Shown here: positions 1 through 13,234 of the stretch, piece by piece | Layout: each line of letters begins with the position of its first letter | How positions within the stretch are numbered: position 1 is the stretch's first letter | NCBI RefSeq assembly: GCF_963921235.1 | Contig: NC_086097.1 | Span: 180,360,001-180,424,000, forward strand | DNA: 64,000 nt | Direction: 5' to 3' | Source: Mobula hypostoma | Lineage: Eukaryota | The notes under the pieces: model-generated | The model's database searches: none | What the model saw: only the letters and a program-made list of their open reading frames with translations | What the model was told of the DNA's origin: nothing | Made by a program: the position numbers and the translations under genes

Positions 1-420
1 TGGGGGGAGGGGTTCTATCTGGTGGGGGAGGGGCGAGTCTCTCCGAGGCCCTCCCTCTCACCCAGACTCGTTCCACTCCAGGACCCAAGGCTTCTTCTCC
101 TTGATTGAACATTGGGCCGGGCCAGGCTGCTCCGGAAGCCGGAGGCTGGACGCAGCGGCGCCCGACAAGAGCGACCTGAAGCTGGAATCCAGAACCGGCA
201 GCCGGAGCGCAGGCCGCGACTTACTGCCGTTCGCAACATCACGGAGTCACCAGCCGCCCCGCCCGGACACGTGACTGGCAGCTTAAAGGGGCGGCCCCTG
301 ACAATTAAAGGGTCAGGGAGGGGAGAGGCGCGATGGGAAGAGCTGAAGGGCCGTTCACGTTATCCTTGCGCAATATGCCGTTAATTTGAGGCCAATGATA
401 GGGCTCGGAGCCTCTTTACC
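1..420 (-). promoter_or_regulatory. CpG-island promoter / first-exon region of an unidentified gene, probably transcribed leftwards out of the window
   Basis: This is the most CpG-dense segment in a CpG-depleted window. It has GC boxes (CCCCGCCC ~257-264), E-box CACGTG 268-273 and CCAAT 392-396. On the minus strand there are donor-like GTAAGT (224-219) and G|GTGAGA (~62-56). Confidence 0.6.
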
Positions 421-499
421 CGATAACAGGGTCATCACAAATAATCCATGACCTCTGGCACCATGGACCAGGGCAGCACGCACAGGGTCTCCATTTCCG

Positions 500-2010
500 C
501 AGGTTCAAAGTAAATTTATTATCAAAATACGTATATATTACCATATACTACCTTAAAAATAATTTTCTTCCAGGCATTTACAGGAAAGAAAAAGATACAA
601 TAGAGTTTATGAAAAACTATACGTTTTAAACTGATAGACACTGACAAAGATGTGCAAAAGAAGGCAAACTGCAAGTAAAGAAATACCAAGAACATGAGTT
701 GTAAAGTGTCCCCGAAAATGAGTCTGTACGTCATGGAATCAGTTCAGAGTTGTGGTGAATTAAGTTATCTACTCTGGTTTAGGAGCCTGATAGTTCTAGG
801 GTGATTACAGTTCCTGAACCTGAGTTGTGTACCTCCTGTCCATAAGACATAGGAGCAGAATTCTGCCATTTAGCCCATCAAGTCTACTCCACCATTTTAT
901 TATAGCTGATTTATTTTCCCTCTCAACCTCATTCTCCTGACTCCTACCAATAACATTTGACAATGTTACTAATCAACATAATTTCTAAGTCCACTTTATC
1001 TAGGCTTTTCAATATTTGATATCTTCAATGAGATCCCCTCCTCATTCTTTTAAACTCCAGTGAGTACAGGTCCAGAGCCATCAAATGATCCTTATACATT
1101 AACCCTGCCATTCTTGCGATCATTCTCATGAACCTCTTCTGGACTGTTTCCAAGGCCAGATAAGAGCCCAGAACTGCTCACAATACTCCAAGTGTGGCCT
1201 GACCAATGCCTTATAAAGCCTCACTACAGCCCAGTTGTAGTAGTGAGAAGACAGCATGGCCTGGAAGGTGGGGGTCTTTGATGAGGGGTGCTGCTTTCTT
1301 GTGGCATCACTCCATGTAAATGTACTCAATGGTGGGGAGTGCTTTCCCTGTGATGGACTGGGCTGTATCCACCACTTTCTGTAGACGTTTCCATTCCTGG
1401 CCATGATGCAACTAGTAAAGATACTCTCCACTGTGCAGCTATAAAAGTTTGCCTAGGTTTCCTCACCAAGACATCCACCAGCCATATTTGAAATATTTCA
1501 CCATTCCTGTAGATGTACCGCTGAACGTGCACTGACTGGTTGCATCACTACCTGGTACAGTAGCTCAATGAGAAGCTGCAGAGATTAGTGGACTCTGCCC
1601 ACTACACAGGCACATCACTCTGCACCGTCAGTAGTATTTACAGGAGGTTCTGCCTCAAGAAAGAAACAGTCATCATCACTGATCTCCATCATCCAGGCCT
1701 TCTCACACATGGACAGAAATTTTAAGTCCCACACCACCAGTTTCAAGGACAACTACTTCCTTTCAATCATTTCGTTCTTGAAGCAAAATGCACAACCCTA
1801 ATCACTATCTCAGTATCACAATACTATGACGTCCCTGATCACCCTTTTTTTGTTTTCTTTTAATTGTTCTTTTTCCTTGTAGAAAATGTGTATTATTACT
1901 GTTTTGTCTTTGTTGTGAATGTTGTTTATCTGTTGAAAAACTCACCCAAGTTTTTCATTGCACCTGTGCACACATGTACCTGTATATATGACAATAACGT
2001 TTGAATTTGA
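500..2010. mobile_element. Cluster of Rex1/Babar-type LINE 3' fragments (both strands) plus a CR1 3' fragment (~840-1225, minus)
   Basis: ORF pieces read RLYKALVRPHLEYCEQFW (CR1). Rex1-type C-terminal remnants and their 3' tails are present. All frames are broken. Confidence 0.7.
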
Positions 2011-2566
2011 CTTTTGATTTTCTCCTGGGTCCCCAGTTTCCTCCCACTCTCATTGCTGCTCTAAGTTACCCCTGGAATGTAGGTGAGTGGTAGAATGTGG
2101 GAAGAAATCAGAAAAAAAGCAATGTAGAATTGGTTGGTTAACAGTTGGCACTGATGCAGTTGACTGAAGGACATGTTCACTGTGCCATATCTCTCTGGTC
2201 CTAAAACCTGCTGGAATAGAGTGTGTTCCCTGAGACCCTGGCTTGTGCCATCCACTGGGTATTCAGATAGGACAACACTGATACAGTGACAGATGAGTCT
2301 GTTTGACTCCTCAGGTGGTGTATTCCGCCCTCTCTTGACGGAGATCGGAATTGCATGAGCTCCTTTTGATGAACACTTGTCCTGTCTGTGCCATAAGCAG
2401 ATGTCAGCATTGAGATGATCCTGCCATGCTACACTGTGGGCAGATTTCTCAACAATCCATGAACACTACCTCTCTATGCCTCTTTTGCACTATTAATTTA
2501 TTTGTCTGCTTATTTGTGTTTTCATTGTAACTTTTAATATTTTATGTCTTGCACTGTACTGCTGCT

Positions 2567-3976
2567 GTCTTCTTCTTCTTCATGTGCCTTGCGCGTTACA
2601 CACTTGGGCGATCATGGCTTTCCACATCAAATGATCCCACGCAGCGTCAATGATATTTCGCATACTTAGATCTGTTAATTCTTTCACAGTGTCCATATAT
2701 TTTTTTCTTTGCCTTCCTCTTCCACATTTCCCAGGCATACGGCTTTGTAATGTAAGGCATTCTGTTTCTCCCTTTCTGATGACATGGCCCAGGAATTTAA
2801 GTTTTCTCTCAATTAATGTTCTCATTAATGATCTTTTGTATGGGCAAGTTGGAGTACTGTCTCATTAGTTACCCTATCTCTATATGATATTTTCAGCATT
2901 CTTCTAAGAAACTACATTTCTGTTGCTTCTAAGTTTCTTTGGAGTTCTGGTGTTATAGTCCATGTTTCAGAAGCATAAGGCAAGATTGACCAGATGTAAC
3001 ATTTTAGTAGCCTAAGCCTTGTTGTTATAGAGATGTGTCTATTGGTAAAAATGGGTTTCTTTTTTTGGAAGTTGGTTTTGGCAATGGCAATTCTTCTTTT
3101 TATTTCTACTTTACTTCTAGCATCTTGTGATATAAAGCTACCAAGATAATTAAAGCTGGTCTTTTTTCCAATCTCGTGGTTACCGATGTACAACTGGCAG
3201 TTGGGAGTATCCTGCTGTTTTGATATTACCATACATTTGGTTTTTTTACAGTTGATGGTTAGACCAAAATCTGCACTTGTTTGTACTACTTCGTCTAGGA
3301 GGATTTGTAGGTCTTGCTATTAGGGTGGTATTGTCTGCATATCTTATATTGTTGATGTTAACACCTCCAATTTTTATCCTACCTAGGTCTTCTATTTCTC
3401 TGAGAATCATTTCACGATAGATATTAAATAATTCCAGTGAGACAACATATCCTTGTCTAACTCCTCTTTGAATTTTAGTCCAACTGCTTATATTACCATC
3501 AATTTTTACCGTCGCCATTTGGTTTCAATACAAATTTCAGTGGAAATGATACAAGCCCTAGAAGATCTGGGCATAGATATTCTTTTTGAACTGTTTAATG
3601 GCATATATGAGTCTGGTGTATTGCCTGACGATCATTTGAAATCAGTATTTATAACTCTGCCAAAAATTCCTGAAACTATTGACTGGGAAAATTACAGATC
3701 AGTCTTATGAGTCACATAATAAAGATTTTGTTGAGAATTGTTCTGACTCGAATTAAAAACAAGTTAAGGCTAGAAACTTCTAAACTGCAATATGGGTTTA
3801 TTGAGGATAGAGGAACTAGGAATGCAATTTTCATACTACGAATGCTTTCAGAAAAGGTAATCGAATATCAAAATGATGTCTTTTTATGTTTTATTGATTT
3901 CACTAAAGCATTCGACAAAGTGCAACATGAAAAATTATTTCAAATTCACGCTAAGCATTGACGGAAGGGACCAACA
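2567..3976 (-). mobile_element. 5'-truncated RTE-clade LINE with inverted 5' segment (3531-3976 on + strand)
   Basis: RT motifs RGVRQG and IRYAD and an RTE C-terminus (LKFLGHVIRK...GRGRQRKKYMD) lie on the minus strand. QYGF...GTRNAIF...FIDFTKAFDKV lies on the plus strand. There is a (GAA)n tail at 2568-2580 and TSD ACTGCTGCT at 2558-2566 / 3977-3985. Confidence 0.9.
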
Positions 3977-4424
3977 ACTGCTGCTATAAAACAACAAATT
4001 TCATGATATATTCTGTTTTGTTCTGAATACATGTGTATCTGTATTCCCACTTAGTTCAATGGTCCTACTGTGAACAAGATGAATTAATCCCCAGGGTCTA
4101 ATGAGATATATCCCAGGATAACATGAAAGCAAGAAGGTGATTGCTGGAGTCATAACAAAGACTAAAAAACTTACTTGTTGCAGATGAGATATGAGATGAC
4201 TGGAGGACATCAAAGGTCTTTTATTCAAGCCAGCGATTCGAACTTCATTGGCAGAAAAGTTATGGATCAAAATTCTGGGGAACTTAATTAATTCCTAATT
4301 ACTTGGCAGTGGACTGTTGGAGATAGGCAACATGGCTTAGCTGGGGAGAACTACTGACCAATTTGTCAAAAGGATAACAAATAATTTGAAAGTGAAGTGT
4401 TTCTATGCGAGACTCATCTGTGGA

Positions 4425-5360
4425 TCTGAATGAATTCACCATGATTATCACGGACTTTATTAAAACAGTCATAGATGAGTGTGTCCCCACAAAATCATTC
4501 AGAATCTTGCCCAACCAGAAGCCCTGAATGAAACATGAGATCCACAATCTGCTGATGGTCAGATCAGAGGCATTCAAGTCTCACAACTAAGACAATTACA
4601 AGAGGTCCAGGTATGATCTCCAGAAAGCCATCTCATGGGCGAAGTGGCAATTCCAGACTAAACTTGAATCAATGAAGGGTGCTCAACAGTTGTGGCAGGG
4701 CATGAATGCTGTCACCTCTTATAAAGTTAAATTAAGCGGCATAGGTGACAACAGGGCTTCGCTTCCAGATGAGCTGAATGCCTTCAATGCTTGCTTTGAC
4801 CGTCAAAACATGGAGAAACCATCCCCATCCCAATGATCATGTGATTTTAGTCTCAGAGGCCGATGTGCGAGCTGCCTTCAGGAGGGTGATGACTGTCATC
4901 CAGTATCACTTACATCCATGGTGATGTAGTGTTTTCAGAGGTTGGTGGGGAAATAGATCAACTCCTGCCTGAGAAGTGACTTGGATCCACTCCAATTTGC
5001 CTACAGGAGCAACAGTTCCACAGCAGATGCCATCTCGTTGGCTCTTCACTCAATCCTAGAACCAAAGATACATACATCAGGATGCTCTTTATCGACTACA
5101 GCTCAGCATTCAACACCATCATCACCTCAAAACTAACCAATAAGCTTCAAGTCATTGGCCTCTATACCTCCCTGTGCAATTAGATCCTGGATTTCTTCAC
5201 TCGCAGACCCCAGTCTGTTCAGATTGGCAACAACATCTCTTCCACAATCTCCGTCTGCACAGGTGCACCACAAGGTGCCCCCCTGCTCTATTTGCTTTAC
5301 ACTTATGACTGTGTGGCTAAGCACAGCTCCAATGCCATATTCAAGTTTGTTCACGATTGT
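4425..5360 (+). mobile_element. Rex1/Babar-type LINE ORF2 fragment
   Basis: Degenerate [20 protein letters not shown] and GAPQG motifs, broken by stops and frameshifts. Confidence 0.75.
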
Positions 5361-5380
5361 AACTGGGACACACACACACA

Positions 5381-5662
5381 GTGCGTGGCCAAGTGGTTAA
5401 GGCGTCGGTCTAGTGATCTGAAGGTCGCTAGTTCTAGCCTCAGCTGAGTCAGTGTGTTGTGTCCTTGAGCAAGGCACTTAACCACACATTGCTCTGCAAT
5501 GACACCGGTGCCAAGCTGTAAGGGTCCTAGTGCCCTTCCCTTGGACAACATTGGTGTCGTGGAGAGGGGAGACTTGCAGCATGGGCAACTGCTGGTGTTC
5601 CATACAACCTTGCCCAGGCCTCAGTCAACATTGAAAATCGATGGACAGCTAAAGAAGAAAAA
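5381..5662 (+). mobile_element. tRNA-derived SINE
   Basis: tRNA-like head with A-box TGGCCAAGTGG and B-box-like AGTTCTAGCC, SINE core GTGTCCTTGAGCAAGGCACTTAAC, and a GAAGAA/A-rich tail. Confidence 0.8.
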
Positions 5663-5899
5663 ATGGGGGAAACATACAGAGTTCACAGCCACCAATATTG
5701 AGTTAGGGTTCACTTTGAGAAACTGGTCTGATGTGATGATGTAATTATGTAAAGTAGATTTATCATGCTTTGTGTTCAGTGTTTGGAGTACAATAAATAA
5801 ATTGTTACCGGATAATTTAAGCATAAAATGCCTCTGCCATTTTTATTTGCGAAAACCTATATTGGTGATCCCAATGCTTGAGGGATGATTCCAGAGTTA

Positions 5900-8420
5900 T
5901 TAAACATGTCAGCCAATGCAGTTTCTTTACAACTGCCGGAGTTTGGGGAGCAAAATGCCATTGCTTGGTTTGTACAGGCCAAGGCCCAATTCGTGCTGTG
6001 AGAAATCACTGCCCACAACACCAAATATTTCTATATGGTAGCGTCGCTCAGCAATTCCACGGCTGTGAGAATGGTGAGTTTATTAGAACACCCATCTGAA
6101 CATGATAAATACTGATTGCTGAAAACTCACCTTTTACAGACTTTTGGACTATCAGAGTCTGAGCACGCCAAGTCAGTGGTGCTAAGTCCTCAGAGCTAAT
6201 GGACCACATGCTGTGTCTTCTGGGAAATCACCATCCTTGTTTTATTTTTTAAAAACTCTTCATGCACCAAATGCCTGATCAAGTTCGTGTTACCCTTGCT
6301 AATGCACCTGTGAAGGACTATAGGGAGCTTACTACAATGGTTGATAGTCTACACTCAGCCAGACAGAAGTGCATCATTCCTCCTCCTTTCTTGACCTCAA
6401 TAAGGTCAGCAAGGCCCCCAACATAAGAACATCCCTGGCTGCAAAACAGATGGTGCCAGGCCTGTGTTTATACCACTCTCGCTTTGGTACAAACACTAGG
6501 AAGTGTTGACCGCCTTGCAGCTTCGACAGTGCCAGCGCATCAGGATGTCAGAGGTCTGTGAACACCGTGGGTTTTCAGCTGCCAGGGTCGTCTACTGTTC
6601 ATTACGGACAGCCTTTCAGGGCGACGCTTCCTGTGTGACACGGGTGCTCAAGTGAGTGTGCTGCCAGCATCACCTATTGATCAGAAGGCAAAGAGGCAAC
6701 AAAACTTCGCTGGAGGCCGCCAACAGCAGCAGGATCCAAACATACAGGACACAACAGGTGACACTATACTTCACCGGGCAACGTTACACATGGGACTTTG
6801 TCATGGCTAAAGTGGCTAGACCTCTGCTCAGTGCAGATTTTCTGTGTGTTCAAGATCTACTAGTTGATCTTAGGAACTGCTGGCTTGTGGATTTTAAGGA
6901 CTTTACCCTAATCCCCCAGTAAGTTTCCCACTAGAGCGCATGCATATCGAATGTGAGGTTACTCAACTGCTGGGCGAATTCCCAAACCTCACCAAGCCCA
7001 AATTCTCTACTACAGTCACAAAACATGGGGTCGAGCACCACATTTCTACAACTGGAGTGCCAGTCCATGCCCATGCGCGTAGACTGAACTCAGAAAAGCT
7101 GTCAACCGCAAAGGCTGCGTTTGCCAACATGGAGAGACTTGGCATTGTACGCTGGTCAAATAGCCCCGGGCTTCAACCCTACATAAAGTCCTAAGATGGT
7201 TACTGCCCATATGGTGATTACTGACACCTTAACAAGGCCACCAACCCTGATTGTTATCTAGTCTCACACAACCAAGAATTCTAGGCACATTTAGCTGGAT
7301 AGTTAATTTTTTACGAGTTGATCTAGTTAGGGGCCTCCATTAGGTGCCTGTGTGTTCAGAGGACATTCTGAAAACGGCTGTGATAACCCCATCTGACCTC
7401 TTTGAGTTTCTGTGCCTGCCATTTGGGATGAAAAATAAAGCACAGACTTTCCAACAGCTGGTGGACTCTGTATTAAAAGACATTGATATTCTTTTTGTTT
7501 ACCTGGCTGAAATAATTATCATCAGTGCATCAAAGTCTGAACACGTATCTCATTTCCACATACTTTTTGAATGCTTAAGCCAACACAGGTTGATTATTAA
7601 CCCTGCTAAATGCCAGTTTGGGTTGTCAACCATTGACTTTCTTGGCCACCGTATCTCCACAGAAATTGCGACCTCCCCCCCCATCAAAAGTAGCCACTAT
7701 TATGGATTTCCCAGTGCTCCACACTACTATGGTCAGGTCACTCGTTTGAGTGCTACTGGTACCATGTAACCCAGTACTACCTGTCGCGTGGTCGGGTGGT
7801 TGCTAGACACCCTGCAGGATGAAAAACAAGATCTGTCAAAGGGCAGATGAACCCTTTGTAGGGTCAACGGCCATCTAGCAAACGCGTGCCGTGAAGCGCA
7901 GAAAGGGTATCCCTTGCATCGAAGCTTGGTCTGGCCATTCACTGCAACAGAACTTCCCCCAGCCATCTTGGACCCCACCATGCCACTGGATCCAGGAGGG
8001 GATGTCGAGAGGGTGGGTCTGGACCTGTGCAACCCCCTAGTCACCTAAAACCCACTCACGCACACGCTGTTCCTTCCTGAGGAGTGGGGTACCACCCCAC
8101 TAACTGACTGAAAGGAACCATCATCATCCTATGAGATGAATGGCCAGAGAGGAGAGAGACACTACTAAAAAGCTACAGGAGTTTTTAGGCATGGTGAATT
8201 TCTGTCACCACTTCATTCTGTGAACTGCTGAACTTATGCTTCCCCTGTAGAGTGAAGTTAAAAGCAATACCCCAAAACATGTGCTTGACTGGTCAGCGGA
8301 AAAGACCAACACATTTGATGATACCAAACCAGCACTTTCCAAGGTGACCCTGCTGGTGCACCTAGTCCCCAACACACCCATAGTCATTACTGCCGACACT
8401 TCAGACTATGCTGTGGGTAT
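5900..8420 (+). mobile_element. Decayed Ty3/Gypsy LTR-retrotransposon internal region (gag, protease, RT, start of connection/RNase H)
   Basis: Gag N-terminus LQLPEF...WFVQAKAQF (~5925), protease FLCDTGAQVSVLP (~6628), RT KTAVITP..LFEFL.LPFG and KCQFGLSTIDFLGH, then LQEFLGMVNF and TDxSDYAVG-like motifs. Many stops; no LTRs recognised. Confidence 0.85.
7730..8158. mobile_element. Unclassified ~430-bp insertion into the Gypsy pol
   Basis: 9-bp TSD ACACTACTA at 7721-7729 and 8159-8167. The Gypsy frame resumes after it. The right end is GA-rich. Confidence 0.75.
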
Positions 8421-8429
8421 TATCCCTGA

Positions 8430-9450
8430 TTAATGACATGATTTTTTTTTTGTGGCAGCAATACAGTATACGGACTTAAAATCTAAAAATTACTAAAGTA
8501 AATAAATAGTGTAAAATGGAATAACAAGGTAGTGTTCATGGCCTGTTCAGAAGTTTGATGGTGGAGGGGAAGAAGCTGTGACTGAAAGGTTGAGTGTTCC
8601 TGTACAGCCTCCCTGATGAAAAGAGAGCATGTCCCGGGTAGTGAGGGTCCTTAGTGATGGATGCTTCCTTCTTGAGGCACTGCTTCTTAAAGATGTCCTT
8701 AGTGGTGGGGAGAGTTGAGCCATGATGTAGCTGGCTGAGTCTACAACCCACCACAGCCTCCTGCAACCCTGTGTCTTGGAACTTCCATCCCAGGCGGTGA
8801 TGCAACCAGTCAGAACACTCCCCACCATACATCTGTAGCAGTTTGCAATTTGGCAACATATCAGATTTTCTCAGACTCCTAATGAAGTAGAATCACTTAG
8901 TGATTATATCAACATGTTGGGGCCAGGACAGATCCTATAAGAAACTTGAAGCTGGTCACCCAGGAACTTGAAGCTGCCCACTCTTTCCATTACTGTCTCC
9001 TCAATGAGGACTAGTGTATGTTCCCCCAATTTCCCCTTCCTGAAATCCACAATCATTTCCTTGGTCTTGTTGATGTTGAGTCTGAATTTGTTGTTGCGAC
9101 ACCACTCAACCAGCCAATCTATCTTACTCCTGTACATCTCCTTGTCACCATTTAAGATTCTGCCAACAGTGGTGGTGTCGTCAGCAAATATATAGATGGT
9201 ATTTGGACTGTGCCTAGCTGCGCAGTCATTGGAATTGCAATTGTTTTATAATTATCACATGTACTGAAATACAATGAAAAGCACGTCTTGCATACTGTTC
9301 ATTCAGATCAAGGTACACAGTGAGGGTAAAACAATAACAGAATGCAAAATAAAGTGTAACAGCTACAGAGAAAGTGCAGTGTAGAGAGAGTTGAGCAGCG
9401 GGGGCTAAGCATGCATCCTTCAGGTGTGCCTGTGTTGATTGTCAGCGAGG
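8430..9450 (-). mobile_element. Rex1/Babar-type LINE 3' part
   Basis: LNINKTKEMIVDFRK, LTGCITAW and DPHYPGHALF...SFFPSTIKLLN. Confidence 0.8.
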
Positions 9451-11399
9451 AGGCACGCAGAAGGTTTGCAGTTAATCCCAACGAGTGTGAGGTGTTGCAT
9501 TCTGGGAAGTCAAGTAAGGCTAGTGCATGCACAGGAAGTGGAAGGATCCTGATAAGTGGGGCCATCTTGGGGTGTGACCCATAGCTCCCTGAAAATTGCA
9601 ACCTGAGTCGATGGGGCGGTAAAAAGGCAGGTGACATGCTTGCCATTGGACAAGTAAAGAATATAAGAATTGGACTTTTATGTTGCAATCTCATTAAAAA
9701 CATGGAGTACTGTGTGCAGTTCTGGTTACCACACTACAGGAAGGATGTGGTTGTGCTGGAGAGGTTGCAGAGGAGATTCACCAGAATGTTAAGCAACAAA
9801 AAGAACAAGCAGTTAGAGGAACATAGCATCTCTGAAGGCAGAGGGAAGGTCGATATTTCAGACTGAGACTTGTCATCAGGACTTTACTTCACTAGGATGT
9901 TTCCTGAATTGGAAGATTTCAGTTATAGAGAGATATCAACTCAAATCAAATGAAGTTTAATTGTCATTCAAACCATATATGGATACAGCCGAACAAGACT
10001 GCGTTCCTCTAGGGCCAAAGGTGCAAAAACATACACATGAAATCGAAATAGTGAGAAAGGAAACAAAAAGAACATAGTCACTTTAGAAAATCCATTTTAA
10101 GTCCAAGACCCTGAGTAACATCCTGCAAAATTGATGGTTCACAGCAGTCCAGCCTGTACTTCCACTGATCCAACACCAGAGGGCACCACTGACACAGAAG
10201 ACATGGTTGCCATGCTGCATCGCAAGTCGATGGTTTGAGGCCTAGTCCTTGCTACAACTGAGGTGTCACTGCTGCCTTGCCGCCTGTCTCACTCCCCCCC
10301 CTCCGCCAAACAAGGGAAGTAGGCCTGTGGCAATGTCCAACAGAGTCTTGTGGTTGCAAAAGAAACATCCAAACCAAAACAGACATGGTTTCACTACACG
10401 CCACCTTTGCACCAACTCAAAGGCAACTCTGGTGCCTCCGAGTAACAAGTGGTGGCATGGTCTCCACCCAGGTCAGCTCTTCCGAACCCAATCCATCTCC
10501 TCCTGCAGCCCTAAGGCTCAACTAGCATGACTCCCCTCCCTCATCCCAACCCGACTCTCTCAGCCTGACGACCCAACTCGCCTTCCATGTTCCCATGGCC
10601 CAACTCGCCTTCCTCAGCTCAGTGGCTCAATATTGGATAGGCTAGGCTTGTTTCCTTTGAAGCATAGTATGAATCGATAAAAGTGTATAAAATTCTGAGA
10701 AACATGGATGAGCTAGTTAGAATCTTTTTCCAGATCAAAAACAAGGGGGTGTGGACTGAAGGTGAGAGAAAGGAGTTTTAATGGGGATTTGTGGGTATTT
10801 GATATCGGGAAAATATTGACAGAAGAGGTAGTAGATTCAGAAACAATTACTAAATTGAAGAGGCACTTAAATACTTAACCAGGCAAGGCCTAGAAAGGTA
10901 TAGTGTACATGTGGTTCAGCAAATGAGATGACTATAGATGGGTATGATTGTTGGCTGGAGAACCTTTTTCTGTGCTGTATGGCTGAGTCTGAGGTTGAGA
11001 AGGCAGAGTCAATTCACCAGGTATGTGTGGAGAATAAAAGTAGAATTTGTCTAAAGTTGTCCTTGATAGTCAACATGGACCTGGTAGGCCAAGAGACGTT
11101 TGTCAAACTGACTTGGGTTACATAAATTACCACAGAAACTTAGTTAATTCAAAATACACATGTTATTGTACCTACACAAATATCCACAGTTATTATGTTG
11201 ACTCCTGGCTCATAATTTAAGTTTCTGAATATTACGTTGCTTTTAGTCCCAGTACACATCATTATGTCAACCCCTGACCAACTAACACAGACATCAAATA
11301 GCGTATCTCCCATTAGTCAAATGATTACTCCTTCTGCTCCCTGCTCCAGGGATGGATGTCTCCCTTGCAATAGTTAGTCTCCAGATTTATTGCTACTTT

Positions 11400-11616
11400 A
11401 TTGCACCGTGAAGCATGCAGCGGTGCAGCAGTAGCCGGAATGCACCCGGCACATCTTTAAGAAAAAAGCCGAAATAAACAAGCTAATTAATTAGGTGCCG
11501 CCTGGCATGTAAATGTTGGCCCAGATCTATGTGCTGGGTGCGTTCCAGCTACCGCTGCACCCCTGCATGCTTCGCGGCCTGGTATCGGTCCGCGGCCTGG
11601 AGGTTGGGGACCACTG
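11400..11616. mobile_element. hAT (Charlie-like) non-autonomous element, one end
   Basis: Terminal sequence GGTCCGCGGCCTGGAGGTTGGGGACCACTG (TIR CAGTGGTCCCCAACC). The matching left TIR was not found. Confidence 0.55.
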
Positions 11617-13234
11617 CATAAAATACAAAAGCCTGAAAGCACATATCACCAGGCTCGAGGCCAGATTCTACCCCACTGTTATAAGACTACTGAACTAGTA
11701 TGATAAGATAGACTCGACCTCAATCTACCTCATCTTGACCCTTATTGTCTACCTGCATTATACTTTCTCTGTAACTGCAACACTTGATTCTGCATTCTGT
11801 TATTGCTTTCCCTTGTGCTACCTCAGTGCACTGATGTGGTGAATTAATCTATATGGATAAATTCTCTGTATGGACCCGGGAGGCCGCGTTGAGCCAGAAG
11901 TCACTCCCCACGGGAGGCCGCTTCTTGGTGCATGAAGGCCCCATGGAAGGAGTATGTTCAAGCTATTGCTCTCCTCGATGCAGATGAAGGAGGTTTTCGA
12001 AATTCCAAGACATACAGTATGTGATTATCAGTGTGAACTGTAGTTTATATTGGTCTCCTTCAGTTTTTCTGTGCTTTCTTTTTTATTGCCGATTGGTGGG
12101 TGGGCGATATGTTAATTTTTTGGGTGAGGGATGGGTTGGTGTTTGATGTGATTGTCACTGATTATTTGCATGGGAGAAGCTTTGGGGTTAGGATTTGATG
12201 TTTTAGCTGCCTTGTCCAGGTGGGCGATCTGTTAATTTTTATGTGAGGGAGGGGTTCGGGGATTTGGGGTTTACGAGTTTTGTTTCTTTTTCTTTTTCCT
12301 GTGGGAGGGGTGCCTCAACAACTTCCATGGCATTTCTGTATTTTATGGCTATCTAGAGAAGACAAATCTCAGAGATGTATCCTGCCTACATACTTTGATA
12401 ATAAAATTAACCTTTGAACCTTTGATATGCAAGGCATGTTTTTCACTGCACTTCAGTATACGTGACAATAATAAACCAATTTTATAGCTTTTCTGCTTAG
12501 CCTGTATAAATCTTTCATTAGCTCTGGCCCTGGGCCTAATGCAGCATTACCCTATTGCTCTCTTACCTAATAAGGACTGGCCTCTGTTACACCCCTGCTT
12601 CTGATCATTTTCTTTGTTTCTCCCAAAGTCGGGCCCATTTAAACTAATTACAGCCATCTTAGCCCAACACTAGGCTTGGGTTACTTCACCTGACGTACAC
12701 AAAATACCCTTCCATATATCTGCAATCTTCTACTTCTCCTCCCTGATGGTAGTAATGAGAAGCGGGCATATCCTGAATGGTAAGGGCCTTTAGCAATGGA
12801 TGCCACCTTTTTAAGGCACTGCCTCTTGAAGATATCCTAGATGATGGGGAGATTCCAGCTTCTGCAGATTTGAGTGTCTCCAATGACATTTGTTTTGTCT
12901 CCTTCCACTGTCCTTGACTCATTCCAGCTAGTTGTTTTACATACATATATTCATTTCTTCATGAATAACAGCGTGGACAGAGTACTTGAGCTATGAGAGA
13001 CCGGGTATGTTGAGTTTTGTACTGTTCTGTAGATTCTAAAAGCATTGAATCCAGTAACAGTACCTAGCTTTAGGAAAGTTGTTGACATCACAAGGTAGAT
13101 ATGAAGATGTCCCTGTGAGATGACAAAAGATAATTGGGTTTCCATGAGTGCAAGAGTTCACAAAAGATTCTCTGGTTTTAAGTGAGTATCTTTTTTTTTG
13201 TAAACTCAACTTTTGTCTCATTCCTCCATTCTAG

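Noticed and set aside
5381..5455. tRNA gene
   Set aside because: The tRNA-like head continues into a SINE body and tail, and the cloverleaf is degenerate.
5900..8420. Active or domesticated Gypsy gene
   Set aside because: It has multiple stops and frameshifts and an internal insertion, and I saw no integrase or LTRs.
500..13200. Promoter and first coding exon of actin copy A
   Set aside because: I looked for DNGSG-like and promoter-homologous sequence by eye and found none. It may be deleted or too decayed to see.
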